A stretch of 61,893 nucleotides of DNA from NCBI GenBank assembly GCA_964600695.1, contig CAZRKK010000006.1, positions 1-61,893 of the forward strand, in the 5' to 3' direction. The notes under the pieces are model-generated. The model saw only the letters and a program-made list of their open reading frames with translations. It was not told the DNA's origin and searched no databases. The stretch comes from an uncultured Candidatus Saccharibacteria bacterium. GTDB taxonomy: Bacteria > Patescibacteriota > Doudnabacteria > UBA920. The position numbers and the translations under genes were made by a program. This document shows, one piece after another, positions 41,976-50,154 of this stretch. Every line of letters begins with the position of its first letter. Position 1 is the stretch's first letter.

Positions 41976-42710
41976 TTAGTACTTAGCCCAAAGACCGTCA
42001 AATAACGACCGCATGGTTTGAGCCAATCTACTACTGTTCCAAACCATAACAATATTCTCACTGCGGGAGGAAATTAACAGCACTTTATCCTTAGAAAAGA
42101 CCACTGTATAAGGTAATTGCATCTCCGAGGGTAAAAGCTTGGATTCACGGTTTTCCTGCCGGTCCTTTTTTATGATTTCTCTACCGTAAGGTAAGTCGGT
42201 AATAAGCTGAAAGCTTTTAACTTTTAACATTTTCTTACGGCCAATTATGGTCTTGATGATATATTTCTCCCGTACATAATCTAAGAAAGATTCACCGGAA
42301 GTAATAATTCTATATTCCTTATCTTTGGTTTGGAGCAACCCCTCCCAAGCCAATTTAAAACCTTGTGGCCCATGTAGAATTTCCACACTTGATGTTTTTG
42401 CACGACCTGCTTCTTGCTCTAATTCTTCCATACTCTCCGAAGCCTCTACTAAACGATCTTTAGCTAACTCTAGTAATTGCCTTGGTGAGATTGCTTGGTA
42501 ATATTTACGCTTGCCATGCCTAGACTCGACCAATGCACCCGCAGACAGCAACTCCTCAAGCGTATAGTACAAACTAGTCCGTGGTACATCTGTATTAGAA
42601 GCTATTTCCTGCATAGTACCACCACCGAGCTTAAGAGTTGATAAATACATCTTAGCGGCTTTATCTGACAGACCTAAAAGTTGAATTTTAGCTAATAACT
42701 CAGATTTCAT
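41976..42710 (-). CDS. TrmB-family transcriptional regulator
   Basis: The N-terminal wHTH is LGLSDKAAKMYLSTLKLGGGTMQEIASNTDVPRTSLYYTLEELLSAGALV. Confidence 0.6.
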   Translation of the reverse strand: MKSELLAKIQLLGLSDKAAKMYLSTLKLGGGTMQEIASNTDVPRTSLYYTLEELLSAGALVESRHGKRKYYQAISPRQLLELAKDRLVEASESMEELEQEAGRAKTSSVEILHGPQGFKLAWEGLLQTKDKEYRIITSGESFLDYVREKYIIKTIIGRKKMLKVKSFQLITDLPYGREIIKKDRQENRESKLLPSEMQLPYTVVFSKDKVLLISSRSENIVMVWNSSRLAQTMRSLFDGLWAKY

Positions 42711-42829
42711 CTTATATATGAGTTAAATTATTATAGAAATTTGACGAAAAATTAGTCATTTTATGATGTATTCCGTCCCCCACTAGAATATCATATAAGT
42801 AGTTCTTTAACAAAGACTAAGGAGAAAAA

Positions 42830-43192
42830 ATGATTACACTGTTTGAAAGTTATTTAATCGCTCATATTATTGGTGACTATTTGCTCCAGACAGAAAATGA
42901 AGCAAATCAAAAAGCGCAATTAAAATTCTTTAATTGGCCGTTAGTTATTCACGTTACCAAGTATACATTGTGTTTGGTTGTTCCTACCATTTATTTTCAA
43001 GTTTCGCCTATGTGGTTAATTTGGATATTTGGTACTCATTATCTATTGGACAGACGGGCTTTCGTCATTTGGTGGAGAAAATCTATAATGAGGAACTCGA
43101 GGGAATCCATTAAAAATACATTCTGGTTAACTATCGTGGTGGATCAAATCTTTCACATATTAGTTATTACAGTAATTTGTATATTTGGGTAA
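42830..43192 (+). CDS. DUF3307-like membrane protein
   Basis: The AHIIGDYLLQT motif lies near the N-terminus, and the protein has 3-4 TM segments. Confidence 0.5.
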   Translation: MITLFESYLIAHIIGDYLLQTENEANQKAQLKFFNWPLVIHVTKYTLCLVVPTIYFQVSPMWLIWIFGTHYLLDRRAFVIWWRKSIMRNSRESIKNTFWLTIVVDQIFHILVITVICIFG

Positions 43193-43199
43193 GTTAAAA

Positions 43200-43229
43200 A
43201 GCACTCTATAATTAGAGTGCTTCTTTTTT
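43200..43229. terminator. Intrinsic terminator
   Basis: The hairpin AGCACTCTA-TAAT-TAGAGTGCT is followed by TCTTTTTT. Confidence 0.75.
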
Positions 43230-43249
43230 AGATGCAATATTTATTGAAG

Positions 43250-43632
43250 TTAATTTTTTAAAGTACCAATTTTGTACTTGCCAATAGTAGCTTCTGGTTT
43301 TGCCTGACCTTCATGTTGATTATTAAAAGCACTGGATCCATCTTTTCCGCAAATGGCTAAAATTTTTGCTTCACCTCCTGGGTGTAAACCAATCCATGCG
43401 GTTAAATCGTAGACCATACCATTTACTGCCGAGTAACATTTACTAGCAGAGTTAGCTTGGGCAACCTGTGCCATAGTGTAACTGGCATCTACAGGGTCGG
43501 ACGGGGTCGCAGTAGAAGAACCTGAATTTGTTTCTGCTGTACTAAGATATTATCTGTGCTTTGAGTGTTAGTAGCTTGGTTACACCCAACAGCAAGAAGT
43601 GCAACAACCACAAATATTGAGAAATGTTTCAT
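43250..43632 (-). pseudogene. Frameshifted lipoprotein with a cytochrome b5-like heme-binding domain
   Basis: The ATG at 43632 opens MKHFSIFVVVALLAVGCNQATNTQST, a lipobox signal peptide, and that frame stops at 43491-43489. The b5 domain (YTMAQVAQANSASKCYSAVNGMVYDLTAWIGLHPGG...) is in another frame, which is open from 43549 down to 43250. A single-nt indel anywhere in 43492-43549 would fuse them. Confidence 0.6.
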
Positions 43633-43758
43633 ACATTTAATTATACACGATTACTCTAAATTTTATAAAATTACTACTTTCTACCAAAACTTTCTTTGTC
43701 TCGTAATATGGCTAAATTAGGAGTATAATGTAGGTGAACGAAACTTACCCGAAAGGGG

Positions 43759-43992
43759 GTGATAAAATTGAAATTTTTACACATAATTGCCTTCATTCTA
43801 TTGGTAGTAGGTGGTCTCAACTGGGGACTAGTCGGTGCTTTTGACTTTAACCTAGTAGAGAAAATCTTTGGCAGCATGCCAACAATCGAGACTATTGTTT
43901 ATGTCTTGGTTGGTTTATCAGCGATTTATTTAGCAGCGACTCACTCCAAAGATTGTAATACTTGCAAAACCTCTGGTGGTAGCGCAATGTAA
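43759..43992 (+). CDS. DUF378-family small membrane protein
   Basis: LLVVGGLNWGLVGAFDFNLVEKIFG is the family hallmark. It has a GTG start. Confidence 0.6.
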   Translation: MIKLKFLHIIAFILLVVGGLNWGLVGAFDFNLVEKIFGSMPTIETIVYVLVGLSAIYLAATHSKDCNTCKTSGGSAM

Positions 43993-44108
43993 TTTATATA
44001 AACTACAACAAAAGCCGTACTCTGCAACAATGAAAGACGGTTTTTGTTTTGTCTAAAAACAGCTATAATTAGCTATAAGTAATAATTGATACTGATAATA
44101 TTGAACCA

Positions 44109-45215
44109 ATGCCAAGTTTAAAATCTTCTCAGAAATTTTCTAAAATTTTAGCCATCGAAACTAGTTGCGATGAAACCGCAGCTAGTGTTTTAAGTTGTGA
44201 CATATCAAGCAAGAATCCTCAATTCAAATTTTTATCTTCTGTAGTCAACTCTCAGATGTTGATTCATAAAAAAACTGGAGGAGTTGTCCCAGAAGTAGCT
44301 GCTCGAGCACACATGACAAATATCTTACCTGTGGTCCAAAAAGCCTTATCTGACGCTAAACAAAAACTTACTGATTTGAATTACATCGCAGTGACTAGCG
44401 GGCCTGGTTTAGCAGCTTCGTTAATTGTAGGTACAGAATTTGCAAAAGGCTTGTCGTTATCAACCAACATTCCACTATTGCCAACAAATCACATGGACGG
44501 ACACTTATATTCTGCGTTTGCAGGTGAGACAACTTCAACATCAAAACAAATTGAGTTGACTCAGCCCAACGTGCAATTCCCTGTGCTCTCTATAATTGTT
44601 TCCGGCGGTCATACCATGTTGGTGATAATGAAAGATTATAAGAATTACAAAGTTATAGGTTCAACTGTAGATGATGCGGCTGGTGAAGCTTTTGATAAAG
44701 TTGCCCGGCTATTAGGTCTGCCCTACCCAGGAGGACCAGAGATAAGCAAACTAGCTTTATCAGGTAAAACCGATGTGGACTTTCCACGTCCTATGATAAA
44801 TAGTAAAAATTATGATTTTTCTTTTTCAGGATTAAAGACTGCGGTTCTCTATTATATAGACAAGTTAGGAGACAAGTTAGGCACTAAACTCACACACCAA
44901 CAAAAAGCTGATATTGCTATGTCTTTTCAAAATGCTGTGGTAGATGTTCTAACATCCAAAGCACTAAGAGCCTGCAAACAATACCAGTGCAAAACAATCA
45001 GTTTATCTGGCGGTGTGGCCGCAAATAGACCTCTTCGCAAATCCCTTGAAAATCTGTGCATAACTAATAATATGACTTTTATCGTCCCAGACTTTGAACT
45101 TTGTACTGATAATGCCCAAATGATTGCCTTAGCTGCTTATTTCAACCTTCGCTCTGGTATCAAACCAACTCCACCAGCCAAAGTTAAAGCAGATCCATCA
45201 TGGGAAATTCACTAA
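44109..45215 (+). CDS. tsaD: tRNA N6-adenosine threonylcarbamoyltransferase TsaD
   Basis: ILAIETSCDETAASVL is present. The metal-binding HMDGH region and the GGVAAN block are also present. Confidence 0.85.
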   Translation: MPSLKSSQKFSKILAIETSCDETAASVLSCDISSKNPQFKFLSSVVNSQMLIHKKTGGVVPEVAARAHMTNILPVVQKALSDAKQKLTDLNYIAVTSGPGLAASLIVGTEFAKGLSLSTNIPLLPTNHMDGHLYSAFAGETTSTSKQIELTQPNVQFPVLSIIVSGGHTMLVIMKDYKNYKVIGSTVDDAAGEAFDKVARLLGLPYPGGPEISKLALSGKTDVDFPRPMINSKNYDFSFSGLKTAVLYYIDKLGDKLGTKLTHQQKADIAMSFQNAVVDVLTSKALRACKQYQCKTISLSGGVAANRPLRKSLENLCITNNMTFIVPDFELCTDNAQMIALAAYFNLRSGIKPTPPAKVKADPSWEIH

Positions 45216-45253
45216 AATTTGATATAATGTAATCAAAGCTTAAAGCATAAATT

Positions 45254-45526
45254 ATGTCTTACAAATCTAATAACTCTCCGGCTGACTTTAGTGGTTACTC
45301 CAAGAATCAAAAATCAGATCAAAAACCCCAGCAAGTAATCTTTGAAGTTAAACCAAGGTTAACTAAAAGAACAAAAATATTACTTACCATTTTAATTATT
45401 CTTGCTACAGCTCAAGGAGTCTATTATTACATTACGTACAAAAAGAACAATCCTTCTGTTCCTGCCGGTTATGAATATGTAGATAATAAAAATGGCCCTC
45501 CTACGATCGCACCAATCTCAAAATAA
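45254..45526 (+). CDS. Small single-TM protein
   Basis: 90 aa with the TM segment ILLTILIILATAQGVYYYI. Confidence 0.4.
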   Translation: MSYKSNNSPADFSGYSKNQKSDQKPQQVIFEVKPRLTKRTKILLTILIILATAQGVYYYITYKKNNPSVPAGYEYVDNKNGPPTIAPISK

Positions 45527-45533
45527 AATCACA

Positions 45534-46046
45534 ATGACAAAAGACCTTAAGACACAAAAAGGGTTTACTTTGATCGAACTATTAATAGTAATGGCAATTA
45601 TTGGAATTTTGTCCGGTTTTTTTGTTACTAACTTTGTCACTGCAAGAAATAAAACCACGGACGCTGTTAGAAAGAGTAATTTAGCTCAATTACAAAAAGC
45701 TCTAGATCTTTATTATAATACCAACGCTACATTCCCAACTACTGGAGGACTATGGTACGGACTTGCGGATAACGCCACTCCTGGCTTTAAAGACCTCTCG
45801 GGTGCAAATGGCTATATACCAAACCTCGCTCCTACATATTTACTAAAATTACCAGTGGATCCTAGTGGAGACACATCGGGATGGTCAGGATTCTTATACA
45901 GATCAGATGGAACTGATTACAAAATTCTTGTTCATGAAAATGGACCAAAAAGTTTTCCTGCGGCTGACGACCATTTTTATGACCCGGCCAGACCAACCAC
46001 GGCATGGAAAGTAACTAATAATGATACTGCCACAGCGGCTTGGTAA
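45534..46046 (+). CDS. Type IV pilin-like protein (prepilin-type N-terminal cleavage/methylation domain)
   Basis: MTKDLKTQKGFTLIELLIVMAIIGIL has the G/F cleavage site and Glu+5. I prefer the start at 45534 over 45492. Confidence 0.8.
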   Translation: MTKDLKTQKGFTLIELLIVMAIIGILSGFFVTNFVTARNKTTDAVRKSNLAQLQKALDLYYNTNATFPTTGGLWYGLADNATPGFKDLSGANGYIPNLAPTYLLKLPVDPSGDTSGWSGFLYRSDGTDYKILVHENGPKSFPAADDHFYDPARPTTAWKVTNNDTATAAW

Positions 46047-46051
46047 GTGAT

Positions 46052-46312
46052 TTTACAATCTCCATAGATTAGACTATACTTGCATATATAGAATAGTTTG
46101 AAGCCAAAGTAGTAGTTGTCGCTATTACACTCAGCCAAATATGGTTGAAAAGGCGCAGAAAGAAATTGCTTAAAATTCCACTAACAAAAAAGTGGTAGCA
46201 AGAGTAGAATCTGCCGGAGCCCCCGAAAACAGGCAAAATTAAGCCAAAAATCTAGATGGTACCGCGCTAACTACCCAATAAGCGCTCTAGACACTCTTTT
46301 GAGTGTTTTTAT
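46052..46312 (+). promoter_or_regulatory. T-box riboswitch leader of valS (promoter, Stem I region, antiterminator, terminator)
   Basis: The promoter is TTTACA, 17 nt, TATACT (46052-46080). The antiterminator is canonical. Helix A1 pairs UCUAGA (46251-56) with UCUAGA (46286-91). The 7-nt bulge is UGGUACC (46257-63). Helix A2 pairs GCGCU (46264-68) with AGCGC (46281-85). The competing terminator AGACACUC-UUUU-GAGUGUUU plus a U-run (46289-46312) overlaps the A1 3' strand. Confidence 0.75.
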
Positions 46313-46347
46313 TATTCTAATTTTAGTAAATCAACTAACATATCAAC

Positions 46348-48600
46348 ATGAAGGAACTCGACAAATCTTATAACGCTTCTAAGTACGAAGCCGACATCTA
46401 CAAACTTTGGATGGATTCAGGGTTTTTTAACCCTGATAATTTACCAGACCAAAATGGTGATCCTTATACAATTATCCTACCACCGCCAAATGTGACAGGA
46501 ACGCTTCATCTTGGACACGCTTTCGAAGATACCATTCAAGATATCTTAATTCGTTTTCGCCGCATGCAAGGACGAAAAACTTTATGGTTACCAGGAACAG
46601 ACCACGCTGCAATTGCCACTCAGACAAAAGTCGAAACCATTTTGCAAAAAGAAGAAGGCAAGCGAAAAACAGATTTAGGACGAGAAGCTTTCTTAAGCAA
46701 AGTTAACGACTTTGCCAAAACTAGCCATGATACAATTGTTGACCAACTCAAACGAATTGGAGCATCTGTTGATTGGAGCCGTGAAGCTTATACTTTAGAC
46801 GAAGCGCGAGAATTAGCAGTGCGCACAGCTTTCAAAGCTATGTACGATGATGGTTTAATTTATCGTGATTATAAAGTTATTAACTGGGACCCGAAAGGAC
46901 AAACAGTAATTTCTGATGACGAAATTGTATATACAGAAAGAGATAGTGTACTCTACACATTTAAATACAGTAAGGACTTCCCTATTTCTATCTCTACAAC
47001 TCGTCCAGAAACTAAAGTTGGTGATACTGCCGTAGCTGTTCACCCAGATGACAGTCGTTACCAGCAATTCATTGGTAAAGAATACGATTTAGAATTTGCC
47101 GGTGTTCCTATTCATATCAAAATAATTGCTGATGATTCTGTAGAAAAAGATTTTGGTACCGGAGCGCTTGGAGTTACTCCTGCCCATAGCCATATAGACA
47201 GCGAAATCGCTCAACGCCACAACTTAGAAACAAAGCCAGTAATTAATGAGTATGCGAAAATTGCTCTACCCGGAGTTAACAAAGCAGGGCTAGAACTAGA
47301 TGGTAAAAAAACCAGTGAAGCGCGCGAAATTATTGTTGAATGGTTGAAAGCCAGTAACCTACTAGAGAGCGAACAACCAATTAAGCAAAATGTCGCTACT
47401 GCAGAACGCTCTGGTGGGGTTATAGAACCCCTGCCAAAAATTCAATGGTTTATGGCTGTAAATAAGCCATTTATAATGAAGCACTCAGAAATTGATGGGA
47501 TAACCTCAGGGCAAGAAGTGACCCTAAAACAACTAATGCGCACAGCACTAGAAAGCAAACAGATTGGGATTTCCCCTGATCACTTCTCTAAAACTTATTA
47601 CCACTGGATAGATAACTTACGCGACTGGTGCATCTCTAGACAGATCTGGTTTGGACATCGAATTCCTGTTTGGTACAGAACCAATCCAAGCTCTGGTGAT
47701 ACAGATGAATACTGTGGTATCCAACCTCCAACCCAGACAGATGACAGCGGTGAATGGGTACAAGATGAAGACACTCTCGATACATGGTTTTCGTCTGGGT
47801 TATGGACCTTCTCTACTCTAGGCTGGCCTAATCAAACAGAAGATCTAAAAACTTTCCATCCGACATCGGTAATTGCACCTGGGTATGAAATTTTATTTTT
47901 CTGGGTAGCACGAATGATTCTCATGAGTGGTTATCACTTGGGACAAATTCCTTTTGAGCAAATTTATTTGCATGGGATTGTTCGAGACAAAAACGGGAAG
48001 AAATTCAGTAAGTCAGCAAATAATGGAATTGATCCAATTGAAATGTGTGATAAATACGGAACAGACGCCTTGCGTTTTGCGTTAGTATTTAACGCTGCTG
48101 CTGGTAATGATACTTTGTTTGATGAACAAAAAGTAAAAGGCATGAAGCATTTTGGTAACAAGCTTTGGAATATCACCAGATACATCTTAATGAACATTGG
48201 AGACTCAAATTCAGCCACAGCTACTGGACCAGCACCACAACCAACTACCCCAGCAGACAAACTAATATTAGAACAACTACAAAGTACAACCTCTGCAATA
48301 ACCAAACACTTGGACGAGTTCAGAATTCACGAGGCAGCACAAACACTGTATGATTTTATCTGGAAAGATTTTGCAGATGTGTATATTGAAGCAAGTAAAC
48401 CTCAACTGGGCCTAAATGATGACCAGACAACATCAGAGCAAAAACAAAACACTCAAAACATCCTTGTTTATGTTCTAAAAAATTCTCTGATTCTTACCCA
48501 TCCATTTATGCCATTTTTAACAGAAGTACTATGGCAAGAATTATTAGAAGCAAAGTTAGTAGAACAAAAACATTTGTTGATTCAAAAGTGGCCACAATAA
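46348..48600 (+). CDS. valS: Valine--tRNA ligase (short form, 750 aa, no C-terminal coiled coil)
   Basis: The HIGH region is PPPNVTGTLHLGHA. WLPGTDHAAIATQ and TTRPETKVGDTAVAVHPDD are present, and the KMSKS motif appears as KFSKS. Confidence 0.9.
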   Translation: MKELDKSYNASKYEADIYKLWMDSGFFNPDNLPDQNGDPYTIILPPPNVTGTLHLGHAFEDTIQDILIRFRRMQGRKTLWLPGTDHAAIATQTKVETILQKEEGKRKTDLGREAFLSKVNDFAKTSHDTIVDQLKRIGASVDWSREAYTLDEARELAVRTAFKAMYDDGLIYRDYKVINWDPKGQTVISDDEIVYTERDSVLYTFKYSKDFPISISTTRPETKVGDTAVAVHPDDSRYQQFIGKEYDLEFAGVPIHIKIIADDSVEKDFGTGALGVTPAHSHIDSEIAQRHNLETKPVINEYAKIALPGVNKAGLELDGKKTSEAREIIVEWLKASNLLESEQPIKQNVATAERSGGVIEPLPKIQWFMAVNKPFIMKHSEIDGITSGQEVTLKQLMRTALESKQIGISPDHFSKTYYHWIDNLRDWCISRQIWFGHRIPVWYRTNPSSGDTDEYCGIQPPTQTDDSGEWVQDEDTLDTWFSSGLWTFSTLGWPNQTEDLKTFHPTSVIAPGYEILFFWVARMILMSGYHLGQIPFEQIYLHGIVRDKNGKKFSKSANNGIDPIEMCDKYGTDALRFALVFNAAAGNDTLFDEQKVKGMKHFGNKLWNITRYILMNIGDSNSATATGPAPQPTTPADKLILEQLQSTTSAITKHLDEFRIHEAAQTLYDFIWKDFADVYIEASKPQLGLNDDQTTSEQKQNTQNILVYVLKNSLILTHPFMPFLTEVLWQELLEAKLVEQKHLLIQKWPQ

Positions 48601-48620
48601 AATTATGTGTGAAAGATAAA

Positions 48621-48643
48621 AACCCGCGTTACGCGGGTTTTTT
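48621..48643. terminator. Bidirectional intrinsic terminator (valS and the convergent surface operon)
   Basis: The hairpin is CCCGCG-TTA-CGCGGG, flanked by A4 upstream and T6 downstream. Confidence 0.75.
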
Positions 48644-48695
48644 GATGGAGTCTAATTTGTAGTCTAATTTAGAGTCTACTTAATGAAACCGGGCA

Positions 48696-50132
48696 CTAGA
48701 AAGTGAATATATAGCCCAATAACTGGTTTTTAGTGTCGTAAACCGGCTTTATCACCATATCCGTTCGAATTGTCTGATCAGCTTTATTCAACAGATTCCA
48801 ACGAGCCTCCTCTTTTCCGTCAATCAAACAATTAGTAATAACTGCATCAAAATCATTAGTGACATTTATCCCTGTTCTATTGTGAGTAGATTCCACCTTT
48901 TGTTTGAGTTCAGTCTTTAAAACAAGATTTAGAAAATCCATCTTATTAATTACGTCCAATTCTTTATAACCAAGAATTTGCTCAGCCTTTTTGTTAAAAA
49001 CAGTAATACGACCGAACTCATTAGTCATAATGATCGCTTCAGTAGAATCGTCCACAATCGCATCTTCGTAAATAAGCTTTTTTGCATAAGACAAACTCTG
49101 TTGATTTTTTGCAAAATACATGAGCAGTAACTTTCGGACAAAAAGAATTAAAAGAATTGATAATAAAATATTAACAGCAGCAACCAAATTAGGAGCAAAG
49201 CTAAAGATTTTTCCCAACTGGGCATCTGGTACAGCGGTGAATCTTAAATACCAATTAGTGTTTGGAAAAATAATCGTTGACTTACTAGAGTAATTAGGAG
49301 AATAGCCTGCTGTTAAAATTTCGCTATCACCAGAATTATACAAAAGGCTACTTTCTGAAAAGCTTCCCTCGCCTGAATTATCAAAGATTTGAAAATCTAA
49401 TGCAGGTGCAGCATTCAAAGTTAAGTCATTCAATAAAGTGTCCATTTTTACGGAAAATGAAACAAAACCTTTGATGTTTTCTCTTCTAGCCTCAACAGTA
49501 CTAATATCAGAATTCCTTTTATAAACTGGATACACCATCACCAAACTAACCGGTGGTGTTTTTTCTTCCTTATCAACAACTAAAACCAATTTATCAGTAA
49601 TGGCGATACTATTATTGTCTCGGGCATATTCTAGCGCAGCCCGCCTTTTAGGCTCTGAGAACATATTAAAGCCAACAGCTTTAAGAGTGGTTTCGGTGGC
49701 AGGAGCTGGGTAATGTATAACCGCTATAGATGAAGTGTCTGGGGTAGGAAAAATTTTAGTATTGGGTAATTTTCTTTTGGCCAATTCCTCATTATAACTA
49801 TATATTTCCTCCGGTTTGACTACCTTTAAAAATGCAAATGTCTGCACTGCTGGAAAATTTCTTTTTGGTTCTAAATGCTCTATATAAGTTACCCAATCTT
49901 CGTTAGTCACGGTTTCACTAGAAGCAAATAAAGCTGCTGCGCCGTATAAAGCCTTAGAATTCGAGCTAATCTTTCTTTCAATAGAGGCTTTGATATCTAA
50001 AGTTGCAAGCTCTAATCTACTACTGGCAACACTTTTAGAATACCTTTTGACCATCTGGTACCCTAAAATATTGAGTATTACTAAAAATACAACCAGCAAA
50101 AATAGAATCTTATTATGTAAAGTCTTATTCAT
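48696..50132 (-). CDS. Membrane sensor: TM, CHASE-like extracytoplasmic domain, TM, PAS; no output domain
   Basis: 478 aa. It has an N-terminal TM segment, a ~290-aa external domain with a CHASE-like block (VTNEDWVTYIEHLEPKRNFPAVQTFAFLKVVKPEE) and a second TM segment (LVAAVNILLSILLILFV). A C-terminal PAS-like region follows (STEAIIMTNEFGRITVFNKKAEQILGYK), and then the protein ends. Confidence 0.5.
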   Translation of the reverse strand: MNKTLHNKILFLLVVFLVILNILGYQMVKRYSKSVASSRLELATLDIKASIERKISSNSKALYGAAALFASSETVTNEDWVTYIEHLEPKRNFPAVQTFAFLKVVKPEEIYSYNEELAKRKLPNTKIFPTPDTSSIAVIHYPAPATETTLKAVGFNMFSEPKRRAALEYARDNNSIAITDKLVLVVDKEEKTPPVSLVMVYPVYKRNSDISTVEARRENIKGFVSFSVKMDTLLNDLTLNAAPALDFQIFDNSGEGSFSESSLLYNSGDSEILTAGYSPNYSSKSTIIFPNTNWYLRFTAVPDAQLGKIFSFAPNLVAAVNILLSILLILFVRKLLLMYFAKNQQSLSYAKKLIYEDAIVDDSTEAIIMTNEFGRITVFNKKAEQILGYKELDVINKMDFLNLVLKTELKQKVESTHNRTGINVTNDFDAVITNCLIDGKEEARWNLLNKADQTIRTDMVIKPVYDTKNQLLGYIFTF

Positions 50133-50154
50133 AAGTTAAATAAATTATCGCTCA

